DNA of 63,747 bases, filler included, from Octopus bimaculoides (lineage: Eukaryota): assembly GCF_001194135.2 (NCBI RefSeq). It is 11 parts of 11 records of this genome, joined end to end, with 100 filler letters (N's around TTAATTAATTAA, not from the genome) between each part and the next. Parts side by side here need not be neighbours in the genome. Positions count along the whole stretch, not along the records: positions 9,294 to 20,821 come from NC_069002.1; positions 20,922 to 28,122 come from NC_068982.1; 9 more parts are not named here. One strand, 5' to 3'. Under the pieces are notes generated by a model. The model was not told the DNA's origin. It saw only the letters and a list, made by a program, of their open reading frames with translations, and did not search any database. Positions 12,275 to 24,890 of the stretch are shown here, one piece after another. Each line of letters starts with the position of its first letter. Position 1 is the first letter of the stretch. The position numbers were made by a program, and so were the translations under genes.

Positions 12275-13112
12275 TGTTGTAGGGAATTAGTAATAATTGT
12301 ACACTCCTCCTACATGACGAATGTAATTACCTAGTCACTATAATTAAAGAGAAGTACATGAAGTACCAGGGTACGTAGTTGGCGGTTAGAGATACTCGTG
12401 CCTTTACTGGTTTTATACAGTATACCAAAGTAGGTGTTATAACAATCCAACATTTTAAGGATTATAACAGTGGATTTAAACAACTCATTAGGAATAAATA
12501 ATCTCGACGAGGATTTAAACAGCTCGCATGGAATTAATAAACTCTACGAGGAATTAATAACAAGTTTTGTTGAGCGAATTTTACGGAAAATCGTTTAAGT
12601 AGATTTGTTCGAGTTGCAAAAACAGCAACAACAACAACAACAGATACAACTGCAAGAGCAACAACAGAAGCAACAGCAACAACAAATAATATTACAGCAA
12701 CAAATGCTGCAATTACTGAGGTCGTCAGGAAATTCATTAAAAGTCTTCTCAACAGACTATATTGCAAATTCCATAACAGAGTCGAAATACGAACTTGACG
12801 AAGAAGTTACCTTCGAAGCATACAACAGAAGATATGGACAAATCTTTGATCAAGAACGAAAAAAACTCAGAAAAGGGAGGTGGGGAGAGTAAAAAAATAT
12901 TTTTAAATAAAATGACATTTCCTAAGAAAAAACTTAAAAGGAAAGATGTTGGGAATTTGTGACGAATGGAATAACCTAGTCACCATAAGTAAAGAGAAGT
13001 ACGTGAAGTATGCAGTAGATGGTCAGAGATAGTCGTGTCTCTACTAGTTTTCCTAAGTATACTGTATACCGAAGTGGGCGTTATAATAATCCGGCATTTT
13101 AAAGATACAACA
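12275..13112 (+). mobile_element. Internally deleted Ty3/Gypsy LTR element remnant
   Basis: Diverged direct repeats 12275-12469 and 12947-13112, both TG...CA. Purine tract AAAAGGAAAGA before the second repeat. The inner ORF has poly-Q followed by a gag-like NSITESKYELDEEVTFEAYNRRYGQIFD. Confidence 0.7.
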
Positions 13113-14013
13113 GTGAGGCCATCCACTCTAAAGAGCACCAACATTGTTTACCTGATTCAATTCAATCCTTTCCTTAAAACATGATATTTTTCATACTAGC
13201 AGTCCCAAACACAGAAAGAATATATTTTATTAAAAAATGTCTTTTTCTTGCATTGTCTACCTCAGTGTGCAAAGTAGTTTTGCATTTTATATATGTTACA
13301 TTAGTAATATATTCGTATTAATTTTCATTTCTAATTTATTAACTATTGGAGTCTGCCGTACTACATACGTACTACATGTGTAATAATTAAGTTATGTATT
13401 ATGCATTGTATTGTGTTTTGTTATGCGCATAATCACTCGGTCCGTGGAAAAATTGTGTTGCATGAAACCTACCCGTGGAATTAACAGAGGTCGGGGATTG
13501 TTAGTTTAAACCGCTTTCCCGTACTGGATTTAGAATCAAATACAAATATTTGTTCTTACCAAATTTAATTCATAGTACGCTTCCCGGTTCAATAGGGTTG
13601 GTAAAAGAATATATTTTCATTGACAAAACTATAATGTCAGAACAAAATATCAAAGCTTTGGTAGTAACATGAGTAGAGAATTAATAAACCAACTGTGCGT
13701 ATGATATTTTAAAAGCAGTCTGAAGATTCTCAACTAAATTCAATTAAACTGGATCTGTGATATATGGGAGTTCAGTTCACAATTATTCGTAGTTCTAGGA
13801 AGAGGAGAACTGAAACATACAAAGAACAAAATCATTGATTTCTATGAAAATGGAGTTATTCATTTCTAAACCTCACGTAACAGTATTGTACTGTTTCAAT
13901 TATTTGAAATGTTTTACTCCGACTGTTTGTCAGTATTAACGCAAAATAGGATTCGTTTATAAACTGTACTGTAGCTCCAACTGCAGAATTTATGATGATG
14001 CAGGACATATAAT

Positions 14014-14471
14014 ACGCTGGTATGGCTGTGTGATAAGAAGTTCGCTTCCCAACCATATCGTTCCAGATTCAGTCCCACTGCGCGGCACCTTAGGAAGGCT
14101 TCTTCTACTATAGCGTCGGGCCAAGCAAAGCCTTCTGAGTGGATATCGTAAACGGAAACGGAAATAAGCCCACCACAAATATATATTTATTCTACATATA
14201 TATGTGTGTATTTGTGTGTGTGCATGTTAGTGTGTGTGTGCCTGTGTCTTTATGTCCGTGTTTCTTCCCCCTTAGCGCTTGACCGGCGGTGCTGGTGTTT
14301 TTATGTCCGCGTAACGTAGCGGTTAAGCAAAAGAAACCGTTTAAAAAAAAAACAGATGTAAAAAGGAAATAAGTATTGGGGTCAATAAGTTCGAGTAAAA
14401 ATTCCTCGAGACGGTGCCCCAGCATGGCCGCAGTCCAGCGACTGAAAAAAGTATTAGTTAAAAGATAAAAG
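14014..14471 (+). mobile_element. Complete bipartite tRNA-SINE (family A) with internal TA/TG microsatellite
   Basis: 5' module, ~70 nt of TA/TG repeats and 3' module in one contiguous read. Confidence 0.8.
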
Positions 14472-15639
14472 TTATTATAAACAGCTGCAGTTCTTTTAGA
14501 GATTTTCACATGATTTGACTTCGAATTAAATTTTAAAATTTGCTGTTGTATATTTATGGACTTCAATTGTACAACATAATTTGCTGTATTTCCAATGACA
14601 AAAGCATTGATTTGAGGTCCATCCACGTTGGTCGGAGAACTGTGCAAGAATATATGAAGATATTCTCTGTTGGCGCCACGTTGAAACGGAAGAAACTCCA
14701 TTCAATCTTATCTTATTGGTGCAGTACCTGGCAATGATACTAGAATCCTTTACTATACAAATAACTGAAATTTAAATCCATATAAAAGATTGTATAAATA
14801 CTTGAGAGATACCTACAGACTTTTAGTCAAAGTTGAAACATTAATAAAAGCACCAGTAACAATATTAAAATCAATGTAAACACAAGACTCCATAAACGCA
14901 AAATAAGTCATGAATATAAAGTGGCGGGTGAAGGTTTATACAATTAATTTATCTAACTTATATACAATACTGGGAGAGTTGGATTGAGGACATACGATTT
15001 GGGAATTCATACTGAATATATATTTAAATTTTAAATTATATTAAAACGAGTGTCAACTGCAATCTGAGTGTGTGTGTGTGTATGTGTATGTGTGCGTGTG
15101 TGTGTGTATGAGTGCGCGCNNNNNNNNNNNNNNNNNNNNNNNNNNNNNNNNNNNNNNNNNNNNNNNNNNNNNNNNNNNNNNNNNNNNNNNNNNNNNNNNN
15201 NNNNNNNNNNNNNNNNNNNNNNNNNNNNNNNNNNNNNNNNNNNNNNNNNNNNNNNNNNNNNNNNNNNNNNNNNNNNNNNNNNNNNNNNNNNNNNNNNNNN
15301 NNNNNNNNNNNNNNNNNNNNNNNNNNNNNNNNNNNNNNNNNNNNNNNNNNNNNNNNNNNNNNNNNNNNNNNNNNNNNNNNNNNNNNNNNNNNNNNNNNNN
15401 NNNNNNNNNNNNNNNNNNNNNNNNNNNNNNNNNNNNNNNNNNNNNNNNNNNNNNNNNNNNNNNNNNNNNNNNNNNNNNNNNNNNNNNNNNNNNNNNNNNN
15501 NNNNNNNNNNNNNNNNNNNNNNNNNNNNNNNNNNNNNNNNNNNNNNNNNNNNNNNNNNNNNNTATATATGTATATATACATATATGTGTGTGTGTGTGTG
15601 CAAATCGAAAAGTAAGAAATATCAAACCAAATATCAAAG

Positions 15640-15725
15640 GACGCACACGTGGAATGCATTTGCTTGGCATTCCGAAAACGAGTGTGCGTATAACGTTTCA
15701 TGCATGCTTCTTCGTCAGAAAAACG
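15640..15725 (-). mobile_element. PLE pLTR-like fragment with degenerate hammerhead
   Basis: Minus strand TTTT-CTGACGA-AGAAGCATGCAT-GAAA-CGTTA at 15691-15722. The context resembles 36600-36790. Stems I and II are poorly paired. Confidence 0.45.
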
Positions 15726-17055
15726 AGAGAGTAAATATCCAGAGATGGAAATGTCTTGACAGTAAATATAAGAGTGCCCACCATCGATCACAGATTAAAG
15801 CTCAGTTTCGCTTTCTCATCTTTATTCTAGATTATGTCGTTCTTCTGCGAGTATTTCAAATATTTCTAAGAATATAATTTGAATATTTGTAGACAATTTG
15901 ATAAGCTAACGGGTGATGGTTTGATTAAGACCAGTTAAGGTTATTTCCTCAAATGAAGACGTTGGATATTTTTATGTAGTAAGAGTACCTTTTGTTGTCC
16001 ATGGTGCACATTGGGTAAATGATATAACGGTGCCCTGACATGTGTATGGCTTGATAATGCGACTAATCGTTCCTAATCGTCCAATCAAGCTATCAGATTT
16101 GATTTAAACAGTGAACGATCACTTCACGTGTCTCAATTTTGGTTATGTTCTCTTTTACCTTTACAAGTCGACATGCATTAATATAATGGCTTCACTATCG
16201 AAGCTGATTTGAAAAGTAGCGAAATAAAGAATTATATCATGATTGCTTGACCAGAAAATGCTTCTTGTATCAAGGGACACATTTACTTAGCAACAGCAAT
16301 TTTATTTTCAATGTAGTATATTCAGTGCTTCCCAACATTAATTGCTGGATTATGACCTGAAGCACCTTTCATGAGAACAAAGTTTTTTCCTCCTCCACTC
16401 ACCAAAATGGTCTACTTTAATTTCACTCACGCTTGATTTCATGATTATAGGCGCAAACCTTTTAATGTTAGAACAGGGATGAAATGAAGAATTGCTTTTG
16501 TAGATTTTGGTCAAGTAGAGTTCTTTCGGGAATATAGTAACTTCTGTCAGGTGTGAACACGCAGCACTATCACATGTTGCACTTTCGGAGCCAGGAAATT
16601 ATTTACATTTTCTAACATTTTTCGTATAGCCTCTTGTATAGAATAGTACGACCAACGCAATTGTATAACTTGCTGAAGTATGAAAATATATTTCTGGATA
16701 TCTATTTATTAAAGAATACAATTTATATTCTATATTGCAGAATATGTGCTTAAAGAAGTATCTTATGTTCCAAAACTCTGTTGATTTATGTTAAGATCTT
16801 TATTTTCATGTTCGCTATTAATTCTATATAAAATAATTTCTATAAAGTGTTTAGAATTTTGTTTGCCAGGAGGTAAAATGATTAATAGTGATTTCTACTC
16901 AATGTTTGACCATAGAACGTGTGAGAAAAATCTTTCTACTATATAACACGAGTGTGGAGAACTGGCGGCATATAACTTGACAACAGCATTGTCTTTGAAT
17001 TATGACAAATTGGATCCGAGACATTTACTCATTATTTAACTTTCTGATAGCAATG

Positions 17056-17856
17056 ATGATATCTTTTCTTATAAAGTCAATACCGCTGTTTATGTTTGTA
17101 TTTTTTTTTTACCTCAGTTACGTCAGAGATTTTAAATGAAAATCATAAGAACTGATGAAAAAGAGATTATATGTTTTCCTTTCAGGGCATATTATTCATT
17201 TCTTGAACACCATGTTTGGATGACGTATTTACCTGTTACAAGGAAACTGTTGACAAACAGAGGTGAGCGTTTTGCTTTTCTAACAAAGAAGTCAGAGGTC
17301 TTTCGGCCTTTTCTTTCTTTTATATTGTATCCTTCTTCCTTCTTATTTATAAAACTAGACATGTTTTGTCATTTGCATAAGATTCTTTCGAATTCTCCAA
17401 TTATCTCTTTCATGCCTTCGTTTTCATAAATTGATGGAAATTCCAATTTAGATTAGGTTCAATGCATCCTCTTAGAAATTCACACTCAAAGCATTTACTT
17501 AATCTATTTAATGTATTTAAATTGTACTTTCCCAAAGTACTGTCGGCAATTTAATTCAAATTTGTACAAGCTTTTATGGTTTCTAATAAAGAGAGGAAGA
17601 CTTCACCTTCGATTACAGATCGTGGCTGCCTGGTTGATTTTATTTTATGTTGATCTCGTTAAGAAAATCGATGGAGTTGAATGAAGATATCTTTCCCTAT
17701 AAAGTCAACACCGCTCTTTGTGTTTGTATCTTTTTTTACTTCAGTTACGTCGGAGATTTTAAATGAACGTCATAAGAACTGATGAAAAGGAGATTATACG
17801 TTTCCCTTTCAGGGCATATTATTCATTTCTTGAACACCATGTTTGGATGACGTATT
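17056..17856. repeat. Diverged ~170-bp direct repeat pair (17056-17229, 17686-17856)
   Basis: Both copies share ...ATAAAGTCAAYACCGCT...CATAAGAACTGATGAAAA...TTTCAGGGCATATTATTCATTTCTTGAACACCATGTTTGGATGACGTATT. Confidence 0.9.
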
Positions 17857-18880
17857 GGATGTCAAAATATATACACAACAGTAAGGTTATTTTGCAACAA
17901 TATGCTGCAGATTGCATTAAGGATCTTTAGTGAGTTGGTGCTCGCTCCTGTGTAATTTGAATGCATCTTGAGTCAGGAAATTTTGCCTGTTAAGTTATGG
18001 AATGTTCATTTTGTTATTAACGTTCATTTTATGGTATTTCTAATTTGGTGATAATCAAAAAGAAACTTATGACAATAAGTTGAGATGTGATCACAGTTTT
18101 TGTTAAATATGAAGATACGTGTAATGAAAAACCTTGGTCACAAAACAGGGAAAAATCTGCAAATGGATTTGCATGCGTATCTTTAATGAATATACAATCA
18201 TCTTTGTTGTAAAAATTCGTTATATTAAATAACTGACCATAACAACAGCCTAAATACTATTTTGAAATGAAGAAACAAAACAATCTTTGCATATTTCATG
18301 CGCAAAACCATTTGCAAAGTTTCTCTATAGAATGTATAAGATAAAACACACATAATGATCTGATAATGACTGGCAAAACTAGTCTAGTTCTGCTTAAAAC
18401 TGTCATGTAGACTTTCAAATATAGTGAGAGATTTGTGCAGTAGTTACAGCATCCACCTGAATTTGAAACGATGAAGGATGGAAAACGAAAGTCTAATTTT
18501 GTAGGCTTCGGCTCACTGAGGATATTCGAAACAACAGTTGCTGCGCTACAGACCTGAGAAGGAAAAAAGAACGGAGGTTGTGTCCACTTCCTGCCATATG
18601 ATTTTGCTGACTAACTTCAACACAAAGAACTAAATAGATAGTTGAAAGATTGGCTTTTACATAACCGATCGCCTGACCAATGGCTCTAAGCGTATCGTGA
18701 AAGAGCTGGTTGGCGGCCCAATATTCCGAGTTCTTTTACAGGTCTTAGAAAACCTGAAGGACCGCTACAAGTATTTGTATCTGAGAGGGGAATATGTTGA
18801 ATAAATTCGTATTTAACGGATTCTCCTGTATATTCTTTTACTCAAAGCCAGCAACTTTTTGGCACCTCCTCGTACAATAC

Positions 18881-19322
18881 AATTAGCCAGCTAGAGGAGA
18901 TGTCATATTGAGGTAAAAATCTTGAAGCAAAGTCCGTTCGAACAGACAGCCATATTGAAGTGGCTACGAACATTACTGCTTAGTACGACTATTGCGTCTT
19001 TTACAGAGAATTTAGAACTAGGTTTTTTGATCGCTGCAAGATCAACGACTGTGTGTCACTTGAATTTATATATATTGCGATGCGAGCAGAAGTGAGCTAC
19101 TGCAATCTCTGGCAAGCAAGGTGTCCAGTACTGAAGAGAGGCAGACATTTCCGATAACCAGGCTGGCCTGCTGGTCCCGTCGCTAGCAGGTAGCAGGGGC
19201 TCACTCCCCTGCTCGCAATATCTCCGATACAGCTGTGCATAATTAACCAGCTAGAGGAAATGTCTTCTTGGGGTTAAAGTCCGTTCGAACGGACAACCAT
19301 GTTTAAGTGGCTACGAACGTTA
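18881..19322. repeat. Direct repeat with 360-bp period (18881-18975, 19241-19322)
   Basis: AATTARCCAGCTAGAGGARATGTC...AAAGTCCGTTCGAACRGACARCCAT...AAGTGGCTACGAAC occurs twice. The second copy is cut by (TA)n and a gap. Confidence 0.85.
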
Positions 19323-19509
19323 TATATATACACACATATATATATATATACATATATATATATAAATATATNNNNNNNNNNNNNNNNNNNNNNNNNNNNN
19401 NNNNNNNNNNNNNNNNNNNNNNNNNNNNNNNNNNNNNNNNNNNNNNNNNNNNNNNNNNNNNNNNNNNNNNNNNNNNNNNNNNNNNNNNNNNNNNNNNNNN
19501 NNNNNTATA

Positions 19510-20794
19510 TCAGTTCATCCTATAAGTTCTGTCCGAATTTTGAATAAAGAAAACAAGTGATCAAATGTTATATTTTATTGAAATGTAATCATCAATGCAC
19601 TTTCCCTGATTATCTATGACTTCCTTCAATCTATTTACAAGCTTTTAAATACCATCAGTGTAAAATCATTTTGGTTTCAAAGCGAAGAACTCTGAAATGT
19701 CAGTTTCGACCTACTCCTGGCTTGCAAAAGTTATGTCCCACAAATGATTCTGTAAGCTACGAAACAAATGGTAGTCTGAAGGAGCAAGGTAGGGAGAATA
19801 AGGTGGATGAGGATTTTTTTCCCGACCACGCTCTTCGATCTTCTGTGATGTGATCTTTGCAGTGTGGGGTTGCGCATTGTCCTGATGAAACATCACACCT
19901 TTTCAATTCACTAAAGCGGGACTTTTTTCGTCAAAGCTTGGTTCAAACGCTATAATTGCTGACAGTAGACTTGAGCATTGATTGTTGCATTAGGTAGTAA
20001 CAATTCAAATTGAATTATTACTTTGCAATCCCACCAGATAGAGAGAACCTTTTTTCCACGAAGTTCCCTTCTCGGTTGTGGTTGAGCTTTTTCATTTTAC
20101 CAAACTACTGTTTACGATGTTTAACATTTCGATACAAGATTCATTTTACGTCACCAGTCAAAAGTCTATCCAAAAAGAGTGAAATGAGTTCGCGAGAATG
20201 GAGAGTAGAACAGATGTCAACTCGAGATTTGTGGTTGCTTCCGGACAATTCATGAGGCACCTATTTTCCAAGTTTAGGAACCTTTCCAAGTTGTTGAAGA
20301 TGGAAATGAACAGTTGTATGGTTTGAACTAAGCTTTATTGCCAATTCTTCTACTGATAATGCAGGATTTTCTTCAGGTAATGCCTCAAGGAGCTCATCAT
20401 CACACTCAGCTGGACGTCCTATTCGATCTTCATCTTCAAGGCTGAAATCTCCACTTCTGAATTTTGCACACCATCTTCTGCAAGTTCTTTCATTCAAGCA
20501 TACTTTCTGAGCGTATGTTACTAGTCGCTTCGGCTGCAGAGTCTCCTTTTTCGTACTCATATAGTACTCATAAAGTACTATGCGCCTTAATTGCTCTTTG
20601 AAAACTTCCATGTTAGAAGGGGTTTTCATCCAAGAAATTTTAATTCTATTATTCTGTAAAATAATATTTATTTAGTTTAAATGTACACAAATGCATAAAA
20701 ATAATTTTCAATTACGTTAAACATTCTAAAATACTATTAAATTTCATTCAATTTTTAAAAGGTAAAATCGGACAGGACTTATGGGATGACCTGA
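19510..20794 (-). mobile_element. Full-length decayed mariner transposon (DD34D), 1285 bp
   Basis: TIRs TCAG(G/T)TCATCC(C/T)ATAAGT(T/C)CTGTCCGA with TA flanks. HTH ERTCRRWCAKFRSGDFSLEDEDRIGRP. HQDNAQPH...HPPYSPYLAPSDYHLF with 34 residues between the second and third Asp. Confidence 0.95.
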
Positions 20795-20944
20795 TATATA
20801 TATATATATATTTATATATATNNNNNNNNNNNNNNNNNNNNNNNNNNNNNNNNNNNNNNNNNNNNTTAATTAATTAANNNNNNNNNNNNNNNNNNNNNNN
20901 NNNNNNNNNNNNNNNNNNNNNATATATATATATATATATATACA

Positions 20945-22452
20945 TATATTTCAAGGTTTAACATTTTTATATTTAAAAGCGATAGAGACTTCGAACTCGA
21001 CAGATCCATATGCTATTTATTTACCATCCTATGTCAACATTTCTGTGCCCAAACCTATCCAGCGACTGATCCATTGGATGTCTGACGTTTAGCACTTCCT
21101 CAGGAATGGTTTACATCAGAACAAATTATGAAAAAAACACACAAATAACGATCATAATAAATTATTAAATTATTAAAATTTCGTTAGCATCAAAATTCGG
21201 TGTGTGTGTATGTATGCGTGTATACATATCGATCTATATGGAGATGTGTGTGGGGGTGGGTGTATATATATATATATATATGTGTATGTGTGTGTGTATG
21301 TGCATATGTATGNNNNNNNNNNCCAATATAGGATTATTATTGTTATTATTATTAATAATAATAATAATAGTAGTAGTAATAATAATAATAATAATAACAA
21401 CAACAATAATAAGAAGAAGAACAATAACAATAACAATAACAATAATAATAGTAGGAGAAGAGTTGGTGAGCACACACAATAGTAAGGATAGGTGAAGAGC
21501 ACATAGAAAGAATTGTAATAAGTATGGAGAGGCGGCTGGGAAGTTTGCTATCTAGACCTAGGATCAACTCAATATAGATTAAATGAATAAGAGGAAAGGA
21601 GCGGGTAATATAGTACAGTACAACACAAATAATTATTTGATCTCCAAATACAATGTAACTACGTGACTCTACCATATTACGGGTAGATATGAAATTAAAG
21701 TAAGAACTGGGAATAAAATAAATAACTAAGCATTTAGTAGGAAGAGATGAGGCTCAAGCCTTAGTATGAAACCCATAGAAAAGAATGATAATAACATAGA
21801 ATGATAATATATCGAAATATTACTGAATTCTTTAGTAAAGGAGCTTGTAATGATTCCTAGGAGGATTGATGGCTGCACAGATCTCTCTTAACCAAGTAAG
21901 GAGACCCAATAATAATATAAAATGGAATAATAGACATGAGAACCCTCTAGGGGCAACAAAAATAGTCTACATATAGGGGATAATTGATAGTAATTTAAAT
22001 AAATAAATATACTAAAAAAGAAATTAATAACCAAGTTAATAACCAAGTTAATAACTAAATTAATAAATAAATAAATAAAATAAAATTAAATTAAATAAAT
22101 TAATCTAGTAGACAATCACAGGAGAGCAGTAACGATAGAAAAAATTAAGGAGTTACCTCCCCTATATATACATATCTAACTTGGAAAAAAAACATGGCGG
22201 ATTTTGATGCTAACGAACTTTTAATAAATTAATAATTTATTATGATCGTTATTTGTGTGTTTTTTCGTAATTTGTTCTGATGTAAACCATTCCAGAGGAA
22301 GTGCTAAACGTCAGACATCCAATGGATCAGTCGCTGGATAGGTTTGGGCACAGAAATGTTGACATGGGATCGTAAATAAATAGAATATGGATCTGTCGAG
22401 TTCGAAGTCTCTATCTCTTTTAAATATAAAAATTTAAAACCTTGAAATATAA
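20945..22452. repeat. ~250-bp inverted repeat pair (20945-21198, 22199-22452) enclosing ~1 kb
   Basis: The arms match as reverse complements with scattered substitutions, e.g. CTGTGCCCAAACCTATCCAGCGACTGATCCATTGGATGTCTGACGTTTAGCACTTCCT. Confidence 0.92.
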
Positions 22453-22727
22453 ATATAAACTGTGAGAACGACCCTTGGGGAATATAGTCAATAATCCCCT
22501 AGGGTAAAGTCTTATGCTATATTGGTAACGGTTACAACATCCTTTGGAAAATTATATGTATATATATATATATTATAATCCCAAATGTTTCTCTTTGTGA
22601 CAAATGGGGAAGAGAATATTCAATGTATGATGTAGAGTGTATAGTTTGGTCAAACCTAAACTACAGTTTCAGTTTACAGTGATTGCCACACACACGTATA
22701 CGTGTGCGTGTGCTTGTATATGGCTAT

Positions 22728-22771
<44 letters not shown>

Positions 22772-23193
22772 GCATACACACATACTCGAATACGTACAAA
22801 CACATTTGTGAGAAACTGAGAGTCTACAAAGAAATTATCGTAAGAAATATATACATTCGATTGATCTCCGATTATATGTAGAGATTAGAAGATGATGCAA
22901 TGTTCTTTTCCGTCAAAATATTAATCTTAATATTGAATGAAAGAATCACGGTTGTTTTTAAATATTTTCTCTAAAAATACGAGTAATACAGAATCATAGT
23001 TTCGTAGGAAATCAGGTGGATGGATGATAGACAATAGACAGAGAGAAAATCATATAATCACAATTATAGAAACAGGAGTAACAATGCATTCCCCCAAATT
23101 ATTGCCCAAGTTTCACGACACATATATGAACATATGTCATGTAGTAATATTAAAGTAATATATTTCCGATTACATAACCGAAGTAGCCAAATA

Positions 23194-24124
23194 CGAGGTG
23201 ATATCTAAACGTTGCCGGACTAGTTCTGTAGTGTGCCAACAGATGGCAGTACACATTTGCGTGTGTAATGAGAATTAGCAGTGACCTTCGTGATATAGTG
23301 TACCGAGTGACATCGCTATGTTTATTTCGCAAGTCGTGAACTTTGTGTTTTCGTGATCGTGTGTATGCTTTAGCTTGCGAGTTTGTCATGGACAGGAAGT
23401 TGGAACACAGAGCCAACGCAAAATTTTGTGTTAACTTGGGACGTCTGCTACAGAGACATTGAGCATGCTTTGGCAAGCTTACGGTGACAAGGCGATGAGT
23501 CATACGCAATGCTTCGAGTGGGTGGAACGGGTGCTTCAGAAGCGGAAGAACGTCCCTGGAGGGCGATGAGTGATCTGGAAGACCTGCCATGAGCGTCATC
23601 CTCGGAAATGTGGTATTGTGCATTGAGAATTCGTCTCCCAGGATCAGACCGTCAATCGAGAGTTTATTGCGACGTTTTGAAGTGTCTGAGGGAGGACATT
23701 CGGTGTAAGTGACCGGATCTGTGGGGCGCGAAGAATTGTATTCTTCGCGACGTAAATGCACGCTATTACTGATTTCTCCTCACACGTGAGTTTCACGCCA
23801 AAAGCAACATGGTATCGTTTCTGTACCCGCCCTATTCGCCAGATTTAGAACCTGCGGTCTTCCATCTTTTCCTCAAGATGAAAAGGCAGCTCAAAAGTCG
23901 CCATTTTAATACCGTTGTCGAGATCCAAAGCGAAACGCAGAAGATTCTCGACTCGCTTACGGAAAACGAGTTCCAGGCCAGATTCCAGAAGTGGCAGGAC
24001 CGCCGTGACCGGTGTATTGCTGTACAAGGTGACTATTTCGAATGAGATTGTATTAAAATTTAGGTAAATAAGTTATTTTTTGTATTAAACATAACTCGTT
24101 CTGGGACTTTTTGATGCCACCTCG
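23194..24124 (+). mobile_element. Internally deleted mariner element
   Basis: TA-flanked TIRs (TACGAGGTGATATCTAAACG... / ...TTTTTGATGCCACCTCGTA). Decayed HTH region and C-terminus YPPYSPDLEPAVFHLF...FQKWQDRRDRCIAVQGDYFE. Confidence 0.9.
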
Positions 24125-24409
24125 TAGATAACTATTAGAGACCGTTTCAAAATTGCCAACATTACAGTCAATAGAGATAAAACTCACCTAAAGCAACTAA
24201 GCTTATATAGAGAGTAAAGAATATAAATGACAGAAAAGGCGGAAAATATGCAATCATTTGTAGTCCAGATAGAGCACAAAGCAGCTATAAAAATGCTATG
24301 GAATGTAATTATTCGCATCGACAATTATAACGATGACTAGACCACTTAACATGCTGTAGACGCTCCATAATATCACTGAAACCACAATAACACACCCTTA
24401 TTAAACATG

Positions 24410-24890
24410 GCGACGAAGACAGTGAAGTTTGGAGGTAAGAGTCTGATGCTTTGAGGATACATAAAATGTAATGGTTCAAAAACTTTGGTTAAAATTTACG
24501 GTAACTTGAATAGTGCCAAATACATCCAGTTGCTAAAGGACAATTTGATACCAGACTTGGATGAAGGTGAGATTTTTCATCATGACGGAGCTCCATGCCA
24601 CAGATCGTGTGCAACAGAGTCTGGCTGATAAAGGTGTTACCGCATTGAAAGATTGGTCTGCTTAGAGCCCTGCCGTAAATGTAATCGAGCAAACGTGGAC
24701 AGAAATAAAGAGAAGGAGTTCGTCAGAAGAATCCACGCAATCTTGAAGGGTTGTGGAAGCTCAGCCACAGAGAACGGCATCTCATACCTTTGAAACTGGT
24801 GAAGGATTTGTATGCATCTCTTCCCAGGCTCATTGAAGCAATTATTCAAGCTAAGGGAAGCCACACGAAATATTAACAATGTACGGTAAC
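24410..24890 (+). mobile_element. Tc1 (DD34E-type) transposase catalytic fragment
   Basis: KTVKFGGKSLML*GYIKCNG...NLNSAKYIQLLKDNL...FHHDGAPCHRS /fs/ WSA*SPAVNVIEQTWTEIKR. Confidence 0.85.

Noticed and set aside
18510-18545. GCTCA-CTGAGGA-TATTC-GAAA-CAACAGTTG-C-TGCGC as a hammerhead
   Set aside because: Stem II is essentially absent and U16.1 is missing; too degenerate to call.
21480-22000. Hydrophobic minus-strand ORF as a mitochondrial insertion (ND4/ND5/COX)
   Set aside because: No diagnostic mitochondrial motif could be aligned in any frame I read.
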